A DNA stretch of 39,500 nt, from the sequence record SRR22947727_351. One strand, 5' to 3'. This document shows, piece after piece, positions 36,006 through 39,500 of the stretch (positions are counted from its first letter, which is position 1; every line of letters begins with the position of its first letter). The notes below the pieces were generated by a model. The model worked only from the letters and a program-made list of their open reading frames with translations, ran no database searches and had not been told where the DNA came from. The position numbers were made by a program, and so were the translations under genes.

Positions 36006-37325
36006 ATGAATCGTATGAAATATTTAAAAAATAGTTTGATTGCCCTAGCCCTTTCAATGGCTGGTTCAAATATGTGGGCACAACAGACCCCTGCAGGAGC
36101 ACAAGAAACTGCTGTTAGTATCACGGGGGTTACTGCCCATATTGGTAATGGTAGTGTCATAGAAAATGCTACTTTGGTATTTAAGTCAGGAATAATCACT
36201 GCCATTGGTGGTGCCAATACCCCTACTGAAGGTCAGCTGATCAATGCCAATGGTAAGCACGTATATCCAGGGTTTATTGCCAACTGTTCCTCCTTAGGAT
36301 TGGTAGAAATAGATGCAGTAAGAGCCACAGATGATCAAGATGAAATTGGGGATATTATCCCTCATGTGAGGTCTTTAATTGCTTATAATGCAGAGTCTAA
36401 AGTTGTAGAAAGCATGCGACCTAATGGGATTTTGTTGGCCCAAGTGTCTCCAAAAGGAGGCTTCGTTTCAGGAACTTCTTCTGTGATGCAATTAGATGCG
36501 TGGAACTGGGAAGACGCCGTAGTAAAAACAGATGACGCTGTTCATATGAACTGGCCCAGCTCTTTTAGAAGAGGTCGCTGGTGGATGGGAGAAGATCCAG
36601 GTCTTAAACCAAACGCCAATTACAAGAGAGATATAGACGCCTTTGTGGTTTTTATGGAAAATGCAAAGGTCTATAACGACGCGCTTTCTAAAGAGAAAAA
36701 TGCCCCTTTCCAAGCAGCTAAAGGATTGTTTGACGGATCAAAAAAGCTCTTTATTGGCGCCAACGGAGACAAAGAAATTATAGACGCAGTAACTGCGGCT
36801 AAAAAATTAGGGGTCCAAGAAGTTGTTGTTGTAGGTGGTGCAGAAGCTTACAAAGTGATTCCTTTTTTAAAGAAACACAATATTGCTGTTTTAGTAGAAG
36901 CCACACACAACCTTCCTGGATCAGATGACTCCGATTATGACCAGCCTTATAAGCTACCTAAATTATTGGCAGATGGCGGATTATTAGTGAGTATTCAAAA
37001 TGCAGATGCTGCGAATTTTCAAAACAGAAACTTGCCTTTTTATGCAGGTCAAGTGGTTGGACAAGGAATGGATAAGGAAGAAGCACTTTCTTTAATCACG
37101 CTAAATGCAGCAAAAATTCTAGGCATTGACCAAGAGTTTGGTAGTCTAGAAGTGGGTAAAAGTGCTACCCTATTTGTTTCTGAAGGAGACGCCTTAGACA
37201 TGCGCACCAATTTAGTGAGTCATGCATTTATTCAAGGCAGACAATTGTCGTTGGAAACGCACCAAACGGAGCTTTGGAAGCGGTATATGGGAAAATACAA
37301 CAGTGCTGAAAAAACGGACCAATAA
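36006..37325 (+). CDS. Secreted amidohydrolase-family protein with degenerate metal site
   Basis: Signal peptide ending MWA|QQ; GKHVYPGFIANCSSLGLVEI, TLNAAKILG, GSLEVGKSAT. Confidence 0.85.
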   Translation: MNRMKYLKNSLIALALSMAGSNMWAQQTPAGAQETAVSITGVTAHIGNGSVIENATLVFKSGIITAIGGANTPTEGQLINANGKHVYPGFIANCSSLGLVEIDAVRATDDQDEIGDIIPHVRSLIAYNAESKVVESMRPNGILLAQVSPKGGFVSGTSSVMQLDAWNWEDAVVKTDDAVHMNWPSSFRRGRWWMGEDPGLKPNANYKRDIDAFVVFMENAKVYNDALSKEKNAPFQAAKGLFDGSKKLFIGANGDKEIIDAVTAAKKLGVQEVVVVGGAEAYKVIPFLKKHNIAVLVEATHNLPGSDDSDYDQPYKLPKLLADGGLLVSIQNADAANFQNRNLPFYAGQVVGQGMDKEEALSLITLNAAKILGIDQEFGSLEVGKSATLFVSEGDALDMRTNLVSHAFIQGRQLSLETHQTELWKRYMGKYNSAEKTDQ

Positions 37326-37349
37326 TTACAGCAGTACTTTTTTAAATTC

Positions 37350-37380
37350 AAGGGGGCTTTTTTAAAAAGCCCCCTTTTTT
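37350..37380 (+). terminator. Intrinsic terminator after the amidohydrolase pair
   Basis: AAGGGGGCTTTTT-T-AAAAAGCCCCCTT near-perfect palindrome followed by a T-run. Confidence 0.85.
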
Positions 37381-37395
37381 ATTTTCAAAATAGGC

Positions 37396-37403
37396 TACTT
37401 TTG
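37396..37403 (+). promoter_or_regulatory. -7 element (TACTTTTG) abutting the SpoU start (leaderless geometry)
   Basis: Exact TAnnTTTG ending 4 nt before the ATG at 37408. Confidence 0.7.
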
Positions 37404-37407
37404 TAGC

Positions 37408-38229
37408 ATGGAAATCCATCCCGTCATACAAAGTGCTCAAAATCCTAAGGTAAAGGAAATGCTCCGTCTCAAAGAAAAATCTCGGGCTAGAACACAGGCC
37501 CAAAAATTCATCATTGAAGGCGTTAGAGAATTGGAATTGGCCATTGACTGTCAATACAATATCTTAGAATTTTATTATGAACCCACCATTTTAAGTGCTG
37601 ATGCACTGTCGGGAATACTGAAAAAATTAGTCGCACAGCCTATAGCTGTATCTCCGGCTATTTTGTCGGGAGCTGCCTTTGAAAAGTTGGCGCAAAGAAG
37701 TAGTACAGAAGGTATTATAGCCGTTGCAGCTACTAAATCTCATGCGCTGTCTGCTTTGAAAGTTACCGATAAAAACTCCTTATATCTTGTGGCAGAAGCC
37801 CCTGAAAAGCCAGGTAATATTGGGGCCTTGCTTCGCACAGCCGATGCCGCTGGGATAGACGCTGTAATTATCGCAAACCCAAAAACAGATCTCTACAACC
37901 CCAACGTAATTCGTTCCTCTGTGGGGGGTGTTTTTACCGTAGCCGTTGCTATGGGAACGAGTAAAGAAGTATTGGATTTTTTGCAGGCGGCAAAAGCGAA
38001 TGTATATGCAGCTGCGCTGCAAGCTTCTAAACCCCATACAGAAGTGTCTTATACAGGCACCACCGCTATTGTAGTCGGTACAGAGGCCAAGGGTTTAGAA
38101 GCGATTTGGTTGGAACAATCCAACCAAAACATTCGCATTCCCATGCGGGGGAAGATAGATTCCATGAATGTATCTGTGGCTGCAGGAATTCTAATATTTG
38201 AAGCCATAAGACAGAGAGATATATCCTAG
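37408..38229 (+). CDS. TrmH/SpoU-family RNA 2'-O-methyltransferase
   Basis: IQSAQNPKVK, FIIEG, EKPGNIGALLRTADAAG, VGTEAKGL, IPMRGKIDSMNVSVAAG. Confidence 0.93.
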   Translation: MEIHPVIQSAQNPKVKEMLRLKEKSRARTQAQKFIIEGVRELELAIDCQYNILEFYYEPTILSADALSGILKKLVAQPIAVSPAILSGAAFEKLAQRSSTEGIIAVAATKSHALSALKVTDKNSLYLVAEAPEKPGNIGALLRTADAAGIDAVIIANPKTDLYNPNVIRSSVGGVFTVAVAMGTSKEVLDFLQAAKANVYAAALQASKPHTEVSYTGTTAIVVGTEAKGLEAIWLEQSNQNIRIPMRGKIDSMNVSVAAGILIFEAIRQRDIS

Positions 38230-38247
38230 AATTAATATCTTTATAGT

Positions 38248-39500
38248 ATGTTAAGCGAGCAAGATATTATCTCAGAAAATAAGGCCATTGCCAGAGAGTA
38301 CAAAGAACTCCTGCGCATTAGTTATCAGTCTTTGAGTGAGGACGACAAAAAACTAATTCGCCTGGCGTTTGACACTGCCGTAGAAGCCCACAGTGATCAA
38401 AGAAGAAAATCTGGAGAAGCCTATATTTTTCACCCCATTGCTGTGGCTAAAATTGTCGCTTCTGAAATTGGATTAGACGCCACCTCAATTGCAGCAGCCC
38501 TACTACATGATGTGGTAGAAGACACCTCGTATACTTTACCGGATATTGAACGTTTATTTGGTCCTGTAGTGGCTAAAATTGTAAACGGTCTCACTAAAAT
38601 TGCCCACCTTAAAAAAGACATGAATATCTCCCAACAAGCGGAGAATTTCAGAAAAATGCTATTGACCCTCAATGATGATGTGAGGGTAATTATCATTAAA
38701 ATAGCGGACCGTTACCACAATATGCTCACCATGGATTCCATGCCGGAGTACAAGCAATTAAAAATTGCCTCAGAAACTTTATATATCTATGCCCCTTTAG
38801 CGCATAGAATAGGATTGTATAACATAAAGACAGCCCTTGAAGACCTGAGTTTAAAATATACAGAACCTGAGGTTTTTAATAATATTTCAGATAAAATTGA
38901 GGAAAGTAAAGAAGAGCAACAAAAATATATAGATGACTTTACTGGAAGTATAAAAAATTCTCTGGCTAAAGAAAAGTTCAAATACACAATCAAAGGACGC
39001 ATGAAATCTATTTTCTCCATCAGGAGGAAAATGCTCAAACAGCAGGTTACTTTTGACGAGATTTATGACAAATTCGCCATAAGAATTGTTTATGCCTCTG
39101 CACCAGAAGATGAAAAATTCTTGGCTTGGAAAATTTATTCCATAGTGACCGATCACTTCACCCCCAATCCTGTGCGCTTAAGGGATTGGATTACCTCTCC
39201 GAAAACCACCGGTTATGAAGCCCTTCACATCACTGTAATGGGGCCCAAAGGGAAATGGATAGAAGTGCAAATTCGCTCTGAACGCATGCATGAAATTGCA
39301 GAGAAAGGATATGCGGCGCATTTTAAATACAAACACGGCGCCCAAAAAGAACAAGGAATTGACCTTTGGCTCAATAGGCTTCAAGAGGCATTAGAAAATG
39401 ACAACATTAATGCAGTAGATTTTGTAGAAGAGTTTAAACTTAACTTATACTCTAAAGAGATTTTTGTGTTTACGCCCAAGGGAGAACTCAAATCACTACC
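38248..39500 (+). CDS. Long RelA/SpoT homologue, bifunctional (p)ppGpp synthetase/hydrolase, 3'-partial
   Basis: Absent from the ORF track because it has no stop in the window. Translating from ATG 38248 gives AHSDQRRKSGEAYIFHP, LLHDVVED, KIADRYHNM, IYAPLAHRIG, RLRDWITSPKTTGYEALH, EVQIRS and the TGS-domain start VFTPKGE. Confidence 0.96.
   Translation, partial: MLSEQDIISENKAIAREYKELLRISYQSLSEDDKKLIRLAFDTAVEAHSDQRRKSGEAYIFHPIAVAKIVASEIGLDATSIAAALLHDVVEDTSYTLPDIERLFGPVVAKIVNGLTKIAHLKKDMNISQQAENFRKMLLTLNDDVRVIIIKIADRYHNMLTMDSMPEYKQLKIASETLYIYAPLAHRIGLYNIKTALEDLSLKYTEPEVFNNISDKIEESKEEQQKYIDDFTGSIKNSLAKEKFKYTIKGRMKSIFSIRRKMLKQQVTFDEIYDKFAIRIVYASAPEDEKFLAWKIYSIVTDHFTPNPVRLRDWITSPKTTGYEALHITVMGPKGKWIEVQIRSERMHEIAEKGYAAHFKYKHGAQKEQGIDLWLNRLQEALENDNINAVDFVEEFKLNLYSKEIFVFTPKGELKSL

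Noticed and set aside
1..39500. Mobile elements, prophage, CRISPR arrays, defence systems, rRNA or tRNA
   Set aside because: No transposase, integrase, phage or cas ORFs and no repeat-spacer array. Intergenic gaps are at most about 230 bp and lack RNA-gene signatures.

Overview
This is a gene-dense, AT-rich stretch of chromosomal core genome from a member of the Bacteroidota, most likely Flavobacteriaceae. Support for that assignment: TAnnTTTG -7 promoter boxes, no Shine-Dalgarno sites, secreted proteins starting with Gln after the signal peptide, and family-typical gene blocks. It holds about 37 CDS and no rRNA, tRNA, CRISPR array, prophage or IS that I can support. In order: a PQQ-type sugar dehydrogenase; an amino-sugar/peptidoglycan recycling locus (murQ, DeoR regulator, long nagB fused to a PIG-L domain, GHL10 hydrolase, anmK); udk-ftsB-like-methylmalonyl-CoA mutase pair; parA-parB-DUF5683-dapB-lepB-wbqC-like-DUF6122; a minus-strand mutL-rhomboid-rhomboid-EEP operon; ribH and a TPR protein; recF-lipoprotein-DUF721; ndk; phoD; a DHH phosphoesterase and a cyclophilin-FKBP fusion; pepD; DUF3810; a secreted amidohydrolase pair; a SpoU methylase; and a RelA/SpoT gene that runs off the end and is missing from the ORF track. 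The clearest anomaly is a single in-frame TAG at an expected Trp codon that splits the otherwise intact nagB-PIG-L gene. Other leads are a phased direct-repeat operator candidate, five apparently leaderless genes, a three-domain amidohydrolase pair with only one intact metal site, a MutL with degenerate endonuclease motifs, the apparent absence of gldI, and a 16-bp tandem duplication. I cannot claim a wholly new system: the best candidates are conserved but poorly characterised modules. All family calls come from motif recognition, not database searches.
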